From the NCBI GenBank assembly GCA_964478905.1, contig CAYZJZ010000008.1, positions 1-18,308 of the forward strand: a stretch of DNA of 18,308 nucleotides. The letters are read 5' to 3'. This document shows, piece after piece, positions 1 to 8,988 of the stretch (its first letter is position 1; each line of letters opens with the position of its first letter). The notes below the pieces were generated by a model. The model was not told the DNA's origin. It was given only the letters and a program-made list of their open reading frames with translations, and did not search any database. The position numbers and the translations under genes are program-made. This DNA is from an uncultured Eubacteriales bacterium. GTDB taxonomy: Bacteria; Bacillota; Clostridia; TANB77; RGIG9151.

Positions 1-55
1 AGCCAACCGGGACATTTTTAGTGGGATTTATAAAGTTAAGTCTGAATAGTAACAT

Positions 56-3000
56 TTACACACATTTTACGTTTCCTTTTCCCAAAACATCTTCCAATTT
101 CCCAATTAAAAAATCTGTAATCTTTACATTTAGCTCACTTGGAACAACCTTTGTAATTTTCTTATCTTCATAATATAAAAACACCTTCGTCTCCCCATAA
201 TTTCTTCTTAATAAAGGTAAAATCTCACTATCAATAAACCTTTCCTTATCCTTCGTAATTTTCAAATAAAGTTTCTCAATGGGCAAATTAAGTTCTTCAA
301 TATTGTTACAAATTATTTTAGGTTCTTCATCCTCTTTCAAACTAAGTCGCCCTTTAATTAAAACAGGTATATCTTCAACAATTTTATTTTGAATTCTTAA
401 ATATACCTTAGGAAAAACAATCGCATCAATAGTTCCGTAAAAGTCCTCCAGCTTAAAAAATCCCATTATTTCATTATTTTTCGTAATTTTAGTACGCTTA
501 TTGGAAATCATTCCACCAACTGTCACTTCCATATTATCTTCAATCTTACTCTCAAATTCATCATTTCCCCTGTTTTCAATATACTCAACAACATCTAAAG
601 TATTTATTGTAGTCTTTTTATCCAAAAAGTCTTGGTATTTATCTAAAGGATGTCCGCTTACATATAATCCCAACATCTCTTTTTCAAAAGATAGTAATTG
701 CTTTTTAGGGAACTCCGGAATTTTAGGATAATCATATGAAAAAGTCTCCATTTTAGGAACTGCACCCATATCAAACAAATTAAATTGACCGGAAACGTTA
801 TTCCTTTCCGTAGAAGAAATACCCTCAATAATCTTCTCATATGACTGAAGTAAAACAGACCTATATTTCATTCCGTCAAACGCACCACATTTTATCAAAG
901 ACTCCACACATTTTTTATTAACGCCCTTTCTTGTAGCGCGTTTACAAAAATCCTCAAAGTCCTTAAACTTTCCGTTTTGTTCTCTCTCTTGAACTATCGC
1001 TTTAACAACAGTTTCACCAACATTTTTTACTGCCCCCAGTCCAAACCTTATAGCATTATCCTTTACACTAAACGTCGCCATGCTTTCATTTATATCAGGG
1101 CACAATATACTAATTCCAAGCTTTTTACACTCACTTATATATTGAGGCACTCTATCTAGGCTCCCTATAAAACTATTTAACATTGCAGCCATAAATTCAG
1201 CAGGATAATGAGCTTTTAAATACGCAGTTCTATATGCAACTACCGCATATGCAGCAGCATGTGACTTATTAAAAGCGTATTTTGCAAAATCAGTCATTTC
1301 ATCAAAAATTTTATTTGAAGAAATTTCATCAATATTTCTTTCAAGACATCCTTTTACAAATACTTCTCTTTCTTTAGCCATAACATCAGCTTTTTTCTTA
1401 GCCATCGCACGTCTAACTAAATCAGCATGACCCAAAGTATATCCCGCAAGTTCTCTAACAATTTGCATAACTTGTTCTTGGTAAACCATACAACCATATG
1501 TTACATTTAATATAGGCTCTAATGCTTGGTGAATATATGTAACGCTACTGGGATTATTCTTATTTTTTATATACCTTGGAATTTGATCCATAGGGCCGGG
1601 ACGATAAAGCGAAATACCTGCAATAATATCTTCCAATGATTCAGGCTTTAGCTCTCTCATAAACTCCTTCATACCGGCACTTTCAAGTTGAAACACCCCT
1701 TCTGTTTTACCCTCAGATAATAATTTATATACCAAAGGATCGTCCATATTTTCATCAAATTTTACTTCTACACCTGTATTCTCCTTTATATAATTTATAG
1801 CATCTTTTATAACCGTAAGCGTTCTAAGACCTAAAAAGTCCATTTTTAAGAGTCCAAGCTCCTCCAAAGTCGTCATAGTAAACTGTGTAGTAATATTCTC
1901 ATCACTTTTATAAAGTGCAACATAATCCATAACAGGATCTTTAGTAATAACGACCCCAGCAGCATGCGTCGAAGCATGACGAGGTAATCCTTCTAACGCC
2001 ATAGATATATCTAGCATATTTTTTACTTCAAAATCCGTTTCATACAGTTCCTCTAATTCCTTATTCATTTTAAGCGCTTTTTTTATAGTAATTCCAATCT
2101 CAATTGGGATATTTTTTGCAACCAAATCAGTTTTTGAATAAGAAATATCCAATACTCTTCCCACATCACGAATAACAGCCCTTGCCGCTAAAGTTCCAAA
2201 AGTTATAATTTGAGAAACATGGTCTTTACCATATTTCCTTATAACATAATCTATAACCTCTGAACGCCTTTGATAACAAAAATCTATATCTATATCCGGC
2301 ATACTTACCCTTTCCGGATTTAAAAACCTTTCAAAAAGCAAATTAAATTTTAACGGCTCTATATCTGTTATATAAAGAGCATATGCAACAATGCTACCAG
2401 CAGCAGAGCCTCGCCCCGGTCCTACCGGAATTCCATTATCCTTTGCATATCTTATAAAATCTTCAACTATTAAAAAATAGTCTACATATCCCATCTTTTT
2501 TATTACATCAATTTCATAATCTAATCTATCATAAATCTCTTGAGTAAGTTTTCCTTTATACCTTTCTTCTATTCCCTTCCTACATCTTTCCACAAAATAT
2601 TCTTCATGTGTCATATCAGTATCAATTTTAAATTCAGGAAGTTTTAACTTTCCAAACTCAAATTCAACATTACACATATCCGCAATCTTTAACGTATTCT
2701 CTATTGCTTCAGGGAAATTCTTAAACCGCTCTTTCATTTCTTCAGCAGATTTAAAATAAAATTCATTTGTAGAAAAACTTAGTCTATCTGTATCTGACAT
2801 CTTTTTTCCAGTTTGAATACAAAGTAAAACCTCATGACTATAATAATCATCCTTTGTTAAATAATGTGCATCATTAGTCGCAACAAGCGGAATATTAAAT
2901 TCACGAGCAAGTCTAACAATTCCTTGATTAACCAAAACTTGCTCATCAATTCCGTTACTTTGCATTTCCAAAAAGAAATTACCTTGTCCAAAGATCTCAT

Positions 3001-3487
3001 TATACTCACAAACAAGCTCTCTAGCTTTATCATAATTATTCTCAATAATAGCCCTCGGAATTTCTCCGGCTAAACACGCTGAAAGACCAATGAGACCCTC
3101 CGAATACTTTCGCAAAATTTCCTTATCAATTCTAGGCTTATAGTAAAAGCCTTCTGTAAATCCAAGAGAAACAAGCTTAGTTAAATTCTTATAGCCTTCA
3201 TTGTTTTTACAAAGCAAAATAAGATGTCCACGCTCAGCATCACCGCTATTTACATCTTTATCAAATCTACTCCTTGAAGCTACATAAACCTCCGAACCAA
3301 TAATAGGTTTAATTCCTTCCTTCTTAGCTTCCTTATAGAAATCAACAACACCATACATAACGCCATGATCAGTTAACGCAACTGCCGGCATATTAAACTC
3401 TTTCGCTTTAGCCACTAAATCTTTAATTCTTATAGCACCATCAAGCAAGCTATATTCACTATGCACGTGTAAATGAACAAAACTCAT
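56..3487 (-). CDS. dnaE: DNA polymerase III alpha subunit, DnaE type (1143 aa from the refined start)
   Basis: N-terminal PHP domain signature MSFVHLHVHSEYSLLDGA. Length and collinear motifs are typical of DnaE (GPGRGSAAGS, FLGLRTLT, C-terminal OB-fold region). Start refined from the ORF-track 3517 to the ATG at 3487, which follows the SD GGGGAGAGG. Confidence 0.95.
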   Translation of the reverse strand: MSFVHLHVHSEYSLLDGAIRIKDLVAKAKEFNMPAVALTDHGVMYGVVDFYKEAKKEGIKPIIGSEVYVASRSRFDKDVNSGDAERGHLILLCKNNEGYKNLTKLVSLGFTEGFYYKPRIDKEILRKYSEGLIGLSACLAGEIPRAIIENNYDKARELVCEYNEIFGQGNFFLEMQSNGIDEQVLVNQGIVRLAREFNIPLVATNDAHYLTKDDYYSHEVLLCIQTGKKMSDTDRLSFSTNEFYFKSAEEMKERFKNFPEAIENTLKIADMCNVEFEFGKLKLPEFKIDTDMTHEEYFVERCRKGIEERYKGKLTQEIYDRLDYEIDVIKKMGYVDYFLIVEDFIRYAKDNGIPVGPGRGSAAGSIVAYALYITDIEPLKFNLLFERFLNPERVSMPDIDIDFCYQRRSEVIDYVIRKYGKDHVSQIITFGTLAARAVIRDVGRVLDISYSKTDLVAKNIPIEIGITIKKALKMNKELEELYETDFEVKNMLDISMALEGLPRHASTHAAGVVITKDPVMDYVALYKSDENITTQFTMTTLEELGLLKMDFLGLRTLTVIKDAINYIKENTGVEVKFDENMDDPLVYKLLSEGKTEGVFQLESAGMKEFMRELKPESLEDIIAGISLYRPGPMDQIPRYIKNKNNPSSVTYIHQALEPILNVTYGCMVYQEQVMQIVRELAGYTLGHADLVRRAMAKKKADVMAKEREVFVKGCLERNIDEISSNKIFDEMTDFAKYAFNKSHAAAYAVVAYRTAYLKAHYPAEFMAAMLNSFIGSLDRVPQYISECKKLGISILCPDINESMATFSVKDNAIRFGLGAVKNVGETVVKAIVQEREQNGKFKDFEDFCKRATRKGVNKKCVESLIKCGAFDGMKYRSVLLQSYEKIIEGISSTERNNVSGQFNLFDMGAVPKMETFSYDYPKIPEFPKKQLLSFEKEMLGLYVSGHPLDKYQDFLDKKTTINTLDVVEYIENRGNDEFESKIEDNMEVTVGGMISNKRTKITKNNEIMGFFKLEDFYGTIDAIVFPKVYLRIQNKIVEDIPVLIKGRLSLKEDEEPKIICNNIEELNLPIEKLYLKITKDKERFIDSEILPLLRRNYGETKVFLYYEDKKITKVVPSELNVKITDFLIGKLEDVLGKGNVKCV

Positions 3488-3507
3488 AAGCCTCTCCCCT
3501 CGGCACA

Positions 3508-3536
3508 ATTCTATCACAAAACAGGCAAAAAATAAA
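3508..3536 (-). promoter_or_regulatory. Possible dnaE promoter: extended -10 TGATAGAAT (3508-3516) with a weak -35 TTTATT (3531-3536), 17-nt spacer
   Basis: Read on the minus strand: TTTATT-N17-TAGAAT with TGn immediately upstream of the -10. It lies between the upstream terminator and the dnaE SD. The -35 is poor and overlaps the terminator T-tract. Confidence 0.3.
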
Positions 3537-3554
3537 GGAGTATCTCTACTCCTT
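3527..3554 (-). terminator. Rho-independent terminator after the 108-aa gene
   Basis: Minus strand: AAGGAGTA-gaga-TACTCCTT (perfect 8-bp stem, 4-nt loop) followed by TATTTTTT. The TAA stop codon of the 108-aa ORF sits inside the 5' arm. Confidence 0.6.
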
Positions 3555-3879
3555 ACAGTACCAAAGTTTTACCTTCCAATTCATAATCTATATTTATGCT
3601 TCCCTTTAAATCAACTATAAATTGCTTCACTAAATATCTGCTTTGATTTTCAAAACACCTAAACTTAATAACTTTCACATCAGCATTAGTCATATCTGCC
3701 CACTCTTTTAAGTACTTTTCATCTTCTCTCTTTAATCGGCTTATTCTAAAACTGGTAAACCCATCTTTTATTTGACTAAGCGCGTGTAATTGAATTTGAT
3801 TCATTATACTTTCACGCCTATTATTCTTATCTTCAAAAAAATTACTTGCTACACAAATTAATTCGTCCCTATATTGCAC
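3553..3879 (-). CDS. Hypothetical protein, 108 aa, GTG start
   Basis: Open frame preceded by the strong SD AAGGAGG 7 nt upstream of the GTG at 3879. It has its own candidate promoter and terminator. I recognise no family. Confidence 0.65.
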   Translation of the reverse strand: MQYRDELICVASNFFEDKNNRRESIMNQIQLHALSQIKDGFTSFRISRLKREDEKYLKEWADMTNADVKVIKFRCFENQSRYLVKQFIVDLKGSINIDYELEGKTLVL

Positions 3880-3946
3880 CTTAGGAACCTCCTTGTCACA
3901 CTCTTATTTCGTCTCATTAGTAAACAACACTAATAGTTTAACACAA

Positions 3947-3976
3947 ATTCTACAAGAAATCAATAATTTATGTAAA
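3947..3976 (-). promoter_or_regulatory. Candidate sigma-A promoter for the 108-aa gene (-35 TTTACA, 18-nt spacer, -10 TAGAAT)
   Basis: Minus-strand read: TTTACA (3971-3976) and TAGAAT (3947-3952). An alternative pairing, TTGATT-N17-TAAACT, is also present in the same stretch. Confidence 0.4.
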
Positions 3977-3984
3977 CTTTCTCC

Positions 3985-4572
3985 CTAAGATTGCATTTTA
4001 TTACGGTAATACTCCTCAAGAGTAATCCCCTCTTCATATAGCTCTTTAGCTACATTTTTTCCAACATATCTTATGTGCCAAGGCTCAAATACATATCCGG
4101 TAACATCTTCTTTCCCTTTGGGATACCTTAATATAAAGCCATTATTTTGCATATTCTCTATTAGCCACTCATATGCATTAGTCTTTTCAAACTCCTCACA
4201 AAGCTTATATTCAACCTCTTCACAAGTAATATCCATAGCAAGACCGGTCTGATGTTCACTTTGGCCCGGCCTTGCACTATATTTATTAGCTCTTTCCCCA
4301 TCAATTTTATAGTTAGCCTTAAAAATATCTCTTTGTCTTTCAAACGACCTATACCCAGAAACAGCGTATAATTCAATTTTATTCTTCTTAGCTGTTTTAA
4401 ATAATTTCTCTAAAGCTTTAGCTGCGACGTGTCTCATAAGCTTAGACATCTCCAAAGTACCCTCGGTAAATTTCACTTTTGGAATTATCAAATCATAATG
4501 CTCATAATCTTTAGATAGCCAATTCTCTTTGTTAACCAAAACATCAATTCTTTCAGGTTCTTTAATCAACAT
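3985..4572 (-). CDS. M15B zinc D-Ala-D-Ala carboxypeptidase/dipeptidase, VanY/VanXY-like (195 aa from the refined start)
   Basis: Motifs SGYRSFERQ, SEHQTGLAMD (SxHxxGxAxD) and EPWHIRYVG (ExxH) are diagnostic of the VanY/LdcB/VanXY family. Start refined to the ATG at 4572, 6 nt after the SD GGAGGGG. Confidence 0.85.
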   Translation of the reverse strand: MLIKEPERIDVLVNKENWLSKDYEHYDLIIPKVKFTEGTLEMSKLMRHVAAKALEKLFKTAKKNKIELYAVSGYRSFERQRDIFKANYKIDGERANKYSARPGQSEHQTGLAMDITCEEVEYKLCEEFEKTNAYEWLIENMQNNGFILRYPKGKEDVTGYVFEPWHIRYVGKNVAKELYEEGITLEEYYRNKMQS

Positions 4573-4634
4573 AGTACACCCCTCCATTAAACTATACTAT
4601 GTTGAAATTGCAAATATGTTACAAGAATTTAACT

Positions 4635-6263
4635 CTACTCAAGCGCTGCGATAATAGTCTTTTCTACCTTTCTTAGCTTACCTTTCATATCTTCAAACTG
4701 TTCTTCGTCCATTCCAGCTCTTAAATCTTCTTTAATCATCAAGCACATTTCATCAACCTCATCTTTAAGAAGATTAAGCTTTTCAAGAATTTCAAGACAC
4801 ATAAATCTATATTTTCTATCCGGAGCTTCCTCACCAACTTGAGTTGCGTAATCATTTTTAATTTCAAACACATCTCCACGATTAGGAATTATCGTTCTAA
4901 TTCCAAAAGTATCCGTTATAACATCCGAAAATACCTTTTGTGATTCTTCTTCACCATGAACAATAAATATAGTCTTAGGTTTAGTCTTAAATTCATTAAG
5001 CCAATTAATTAAAGCTTTTTGGTCAGCGTGACCAGAAAATCCTTCAATATATTCAATTCTAGCTCTTACAGTAATATCTTCGCCAAAAATTCTAATTTGT
5101 TTCTCGCCATCAACAAGTCGTCTTCCCAAAGTTCCAATAGCTTGATAACCAACAAACAAAATAGTACTCTTCTCATCCCATAAATGATGTTTTAAGTGAT
5201 GGCGAATTCTACCAGCTTCACACATACCGCTCGCAGAAATAATAATTGACGGCTCTCTGTCTTCATTTATAGCCTTCGATTCTTCAACAGTCCTAGATAA
5301 CCTTAAAGTCGGGAAATCAACAGGATTTTTATTCTCCATAATATACCGTCTTGCAGTCTCATCATAACAGTCTACATTATCTTTATATATTTCAGTAGCA
5401 GAAATAGCAAGCGGACTGTCTATATAAACAGGAGTTTTCAAAATCTTTTCATATTTTTCCTTTAAAATATCTTTATTCTGATTTAATCCGTAAACAATTT
5501 CTTGTGTTCTTCCAACTGCAAACGAAGGAATAACCACGCGTCCGCCATTATCTATAGTTTCATCAACAATATTCACAAAATCTTCAAACCTATTTTCTCT
5601 CGCTTTATGAAATCTGTCTCCATAAGTAGACTCTAAAACAAGGAAATCAGCCGAATCAACAACTTCCGGATCACGTAAAATAGGAGTATCCTTATTTCCT
5701 AAGTCACCGGAAAATACAGCCTTAGTTTCCACTCCATTTTCCTTAACCCAAATCTCAATTACAGCAGACCCTAGCATATGTCCTGCATCTCTAAATCTAA
5801 CTTTAACATCATCATTTACTTGTATAACTTCATCATATGGGCAAGGTTCAAAAGCCTTCAAGCTCTCAACTGCACTTTCAGCAGTATAAAGTGGTGGAAC
5901 AGGATGCTTACCTGCTCTAATACGCTTTCTATTAATCCATTCAATTTCCATCTCTTGAATATGACCACTATCCGGTAACATTATACTACATAAATCACAA
6001 GTCGCCTTTGTAGCATAAACCTTTCCTTTAAAACCATCATTACACAACTTCGGAATTCTACCTGAATGATCGATATGTGCATGAGTCAAAAACATAAAAT
6101 CTATTGTGTTGGGAGCAAATGTAAAATCATCTACATTTAGCATAACTTCTTTATTTTGACCTTGGAACATACCACAATCAACCAAAAATTTGTACTTGCT
6201 CGTCGTTACCATAAAACAAGATCCGGTAACTGTTTTTGCTGCACCTAAAAACGATATTTGCAT
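4635..6263 (-). CDS. MBL-fold beta-CASP family RNA-metabolising hydrolase (CPSF73/RNase J-like), 542 aa
   Basis: HAHIDHSG (HxHxDH), downstream D and H motifs, SGHADQ (beta-CASP motif C) and VHGE near the end of the catalytic region, plus a roughly 90-aa helical acidic tail. Start refined to the ATG at 6263 (MQISFLGAAKTVTGS) after the SD AAGGGGAG. Confidence 0.85.
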   Translation of the reverse strand: MQISFLGAAKTVTGSCFMVTTSKYKFLVDCGMFQGQNKEVMLNVDDFTFAPNTIDFMFLTHAHIDHSGRIPKLCNDGFKGKVYATKATCDLCSIMLPDSGHIQEMEIEWINRKRIRAGKHPVPPLYTAESAVESLKAFEPCPYDEVIQVNDDVKVRFRDAGHMLGSAVIEIWVKENGVETKAVFSGDLGNKDTPILRDPEVVDSADFLVLESTYGDRFHKARENRFEDFVNIVDETIDNGGRVVIPSFAVGRTQEIVYGLNQNKDILKEKYEKILKTPVYIDSPLAISATEIYKDNVDCYDETARRYIMENKNPVDFPTLRLSRTVEESKAINEDREPSIIISASGMCEAGRIRHHLKHHLWDEKSTILFVGYQAIGTLGRRLVDGEKQIRIFGEDITVRARIEYIEGFSGHADQKALINWLNEFKTKPKTIFIVHGEEESQKVFSDVITDTFGIRTIIPNRGDVFEIKNDYATQVGEEAPDRKYRFMCLEILEKLNLLKDEVDEMCLMIKEDLRAGMDEEQFEDMKGKLRKVEKTIIAALE

Positions 6264-6299
6264 ACGCTTCTCCCCTTTCATAAGTACCAAAAATATTCA

Positions 6300-6758
6300 C
6301 TATTTATTTTTATCCAATAGTTTTTGTAATTCATCAACAAAACTATTTATATCCTTAAATTGTCTGTAAACTGACGCAAATCTTACATAAGCAACGTCAT
6401 CTAGTTCCTTTAGCTCATCCATAACTAACTCGCCAACCTCAAAAGAAGTTATTTCCTTCTTCATTTTATTACGTATCTGTAATTCAACGGAATTAACAGC
6501 CTTCTCCATTTGGTCAACCGTAACAGGTCTTTTCTCACAAGCTCTTATTATTCCATTCATAACTTTAGTTCTGTCAAAAGACTGACGACTTCCATCTTTC
6601 TTTATAACAATTAATGATACATCTTCTACTCTTTCATATGTAGTAAATTTCCTACCACAACTAATACATTCACGCCTACGTCGTATGCTCATTCCATTAT
6701 CAGCCGGTCTTGAATCTATAACTTTACTCTCCGGCACATAGCAAAACGGACATTTCAT
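6300..6758 (-). CDS. nrdR: Transcriptional repressor NrdR (zinc ribbon plus ATP-cone)
   Basis: MKCPFC...CxxC zinc ribbon, ATP-cone region ([24 protein letters not shown]) and typical length of 152 aa. Confidence 0.95.
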   Translation of the reverse strand: MKCPFCYVPESKVIDSRPADNGMSIRRRRECISCGRKFTTYERVEDVSLIVIKKDGSRQSFDRTKVMNGIIRACEKRPVTVDQMEKAVNSVELQIRNKMKKEITSFEVGELVMDELKELDDVAYVRFASVYRQFKDINSFVDELQKLLDKNK

Positions 6759-6769
6759 CTAATTTCCTC

Positions 6770-8071
6770 CTAACCTATAACCTTTGCAATTAATTTTTCC
6801 TTCTTAACTTCACTATCAACATACTCATATGCAGTATCTAAAAGCTCAATAACATCATTTACTTTAGCCTCATTATTTATATGTAGAGTAAGTAAAGACT
6901 CTCCTTCCTTTACAAACTCTCCACCCTTTTTTTCTAAAACAATTCCAACACCATAATCTATATTATCAGTCTTTTTAGCCCTTCCACCGCCTAACATCAT
7001 AGACGCAATTCCAAGTTTCTCAGCCTCAATTTTAGAAATATATCCGCTTCTTTTAGCAACATACTTTTTCATTACTTTAGCTCCGGGAAGTAGTGAAACA
7101 TCTTCAATAGACTTAATATCTCCACCTTGAGCCGAAATAAATTCTTTAAACTTATTAAACGCTTTACCATTATTAAGTAATTCTTTAAGTTTAATTTTAA
7201 GCTCCGATATTTCCCCACATTTTGCTAAATAAAGCATATTCGCAGCAAGTTCAATACATACCTCTTCTAAGTCTTTAGGACCTCTTCCGTTTAACGTATC
7301 AATCGCTTCTTTAACTTCAAGGGAATTACCAATTGCAAAGCCAAGAGGCTCATTCATATTAGAAATTACAGCAATAGTCTTTCTATTAACCATATCTCCA
7401 ATATCCACCATAGTTTTGGCTAATTTTTCAGCATCCTTTATATTTTTCATAAAAGCGCCATCACCATACTTAACATCTAAAACGATAGCATCAGCTCCAC
7501 CAGCTATTTTTTTGCTCATTATACTGCTTGCAATAAGCGGAATACAACTAACAGTCGCCGTAACATCGCGCAAAGCATATAACTTTTTATCAGCAGGAGC
7601 TAAATCACCTGTTTGACCAACAACTGAAATTCTTATATTATTCACATTTTCAATAAATTTCTCTATTGGAAGTGAAATATTAAATCCCGGAATCGCCTCT
7701 AATTTATCAACTGTACCACCGGTATGACCAAGACCTCTTCCCGACATCTTCGCAACAGGCACATCAAAACAAGCAACCAACGGCCCAACAATAAGAGTAG
7801 TTTTATCTCCAACTCCCCCGGTACTATGTTTATCCACTTTTATACCAGTTATACCTGATAAATCAGCAATATCTCCAGAATGAGCCATAGCCATAGTTAA
7901 ATTAGACGTTTCTTCCATAGTCATACCATTTAAGTAAATCGCCATAAGCAACGCTGTAATCTGGTAATCTTCAATAGAGCCATCAACCGTTCCCTTTACA
8001 AAGAAATCTATTTCCTCTTTAGAAAGTTCTCCCTTATCACGCTTCTTAGCAATAATATCGTATATTCTCAT
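6770..8071 (-). CDS. pdp: Pyrimidine-nucleoside (thymidine) phosphorylase
   Basis: 433 aa. N-terminal MRIYDIIAKKRDKGELSKEEI, DKHSTGGVGDKTTL phosphate-binding motif and MSGRGLGHTGGTVDKLE are classic for Pdp/DeoA. Confidence 0.95.
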   Translation of the reverse strand: MRIYDIIAKKRDKGELSKEEIDFFVKGTVDGSIEDYQITALLMAIYLNGMTMEETSNLTMAMAHSGDIADLSGITGIKVDKHSTGGVGDKTTLIVGPLVACFDVPVAKMSGRGLGHTGGTVDKLEAIPGFNISLPIEKFIENVNNIRISVVGQTGDLAPADKKLYALRDVTATVSCIPLIASSIMSKKIAGGADAIVLDVKYGDGAFMKNIKDAEKLAKTMVDIGDMVNRKTIAVISNMNEPLGFAIGNSLEVKEAIDTLNGRGPKDLEEVCIELAANMLYLAKCGEISELKIKLKELLNNGKAFNKFKEFISAQGGDIKSIEDVSLLPGAKVMKKYVAKRSGYISKIEAEKLGIASMMLGGGRAKKTDNIDYGVGIVLEKKGGEFVKEGESLLTLHINNEAKVNDVIELLDTAYEYVDSEVKKEKLIAKVIG

Positions 8072-8083
8072 AAGTCATCGCCC

Positions 8084-8455
8084 CTATAATACATTCTTTA
8101 TTAAGTTTATTTTTTCAGTTATAAAATTATTATCGGCATATTTTGCAAAAATCTCAATAACATCAAATCTAGCTACAAAATTTCCTAGTCGTTTATAATC
8201 AATGTAGTTTCTTGCAGTAAGTTCTAAATGTTTCTTCTTCCAATAATTAACCGCATTTTGAGGATGACCGTATTTATCATTAGTTCGCGTTTTAACCTCA
8301 ATAAATACCAAGCAATTTCCATCAAACGCAATTATATCTATCTCTCCAAACCTGCAAGAATAATTTGTTGTCAAAATTTTATACCCATTTTCCAACAAAT
8401 ACTCTCTTGCAACTTTCTCGCCAAAATTTCCAACAACTTTATTATACTTCTCCAT
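8084..8455 (-). CDS. yraN: YraN family protein (UPF0102, restriction-endonuclease-like fold)
   Basis: GEKVAREYLLENGYKIL...GEIDIIAFDGNCLVFIEVKTR matches the UPF0102 D-x(n)-E-x-K core. 123 aa. Confidence 0.85.
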   Translation of the reverse strand: MEKYNKVVGNFGEKVAREYLLENGYKILTTNYSCRFGEIDIIAFDGNCLVFIEVKTRTNDKYGHPQNAVNYWKKKHLELTARNYIDYKRLGNFVARFDVIEIFAKYADNNFITEKINLIKNVL

Positions 8456-8457
8456 AA

Positions 8458-8760
8458 TTAAACCCTAACATCAAATTTCTTTTCGCCTTGACCTTTTTCT
8501 TTAATATATTTCAGCTTTATAAAATCATCCGTTCTCTCTGTAATTTCAAACAAAACAATATCTCCTATACCCGCAGCAATTCTTTCCTCAAGTCTTGCTT
8601 CTAATATAACACCATCATCAAGTTCCAACTCAACTTTACCATCTCTGGATATGTTTTTAATTCTTGAATGAAACTTTTTACCTTTTCTAAACCTGTCATT
8701 TTGTTTGTCAGGATTCACCGCGTGAATATAATTTAATCCATTTACTTCATTTATATTCAT
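8458..8760 (-). CDS. Hypothetical protein (100 aa from the refined start), first gene of the yraN-pdp-nrdR transcription unit
   Basis: Open frame whose stop lies 2 nt from the yraN ATG. Start refined to the ATG at 8760 (MNINEV), 8 nt after GAAGGGA. The 8778 ATG would lie at or upstream of the predicted transcript start. No family recognised. Confidence 0.55.
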   Translation of the reverse strand: MNINEVNGLNYIHAVNPDKQNDRFRKGKKFHSRIKNISRDGKVELELDDGVILEARLEERIAAGIGDIVLFEITERTDDFIKLKYIKEKGQGEKKFDVRV

Positions 8761-8786
8761 ATGTATCATCCCTTCCATATACTTTT

Positions 8787-8815
8787 ATGATACACTTTTT
8801 TAAACTACTAGTCAA
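8787..8815 (-). promoter_or_regulatory. Candidate sigma-A promoter of the 100aa-yraN-pdp-nrdR unit (-35 TTGACT, 17-nt spacer, -10 TATCAT)
   Basis: Minus-strand read: TTGACT (8810-8815) and TATCAT (8787-8792). Confidence 0.45.
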
Positions 8816-8829
8816 ATAGCACAAACTAC

Positions 8830-8864
8830 AAAAAAAATTTCCTACTCAAATTATATTTTTTGAG
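8830..8864 (-). terminator. Weak AT-rich hairpin plus T8 run, possible terminator of the 93-aa gene
   Basis: Minus strand: ACTCAAA-loop-TTTGAGT (7-bp A/T-rich stem), then AGGAAA, then TTTTTTTT. The T-tract is separated from the stem by 6 nt, so this is non-canonical. Confidence 0.25.
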
Positions 8865-8988
8865 TCTAACATTAACAAAAATGGACTATAAAAAACTCAT
8901 TTGCCATTAGTATAAAGCATAATGCTTCATAAATTTTGAGAGTTTTTTACAATCCATTCTAAAATTCGGTTCCAAAAAATAACCAGGC

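Noticed and set aside
1-55. An open frame starting at the ATG at 53-55 (minus strand), directly abutting the dnaE stop and running off the window (MLLFRLNFINPTKNVPVG...).
   Set aside because: Only 18 codons are visible, there is no SD, and no family resemblance. It cannot be distinguished from non-coding 3' sequence.
3488-3517. N-terminal extensions given by the ORF track for dnaE (3517), VanY-like (4587), the MBL gene (6290), the 100-aa ORFan (8778) and the 561-aa ORFan (11309).
   Set aside because: In each case a downstream ATG has a properly spaced SD, and for dnaE and the MBL gene it begins exactly at the conserved family N-terminus. The extensions lack SDs or would start upstream of the predicted transcript start.
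8779-8988. Micro-ORFs in intergenic gaps (16 aa MDCKKLSKFMKHYALY in 8779-8988, 7 aa in 9271-9376, 19 aa in 3880-3984), and the idea of an sRNA or riboswitch in the 210-bp gap.
   Set aside because: No SDs and very short. The gap is adequately explained as the 3' UTR of the 93-aa gene plus the promoter of the next operon. Only short A/T-rich hairpins are present, with no conserved-looking structured element that I can recognise.
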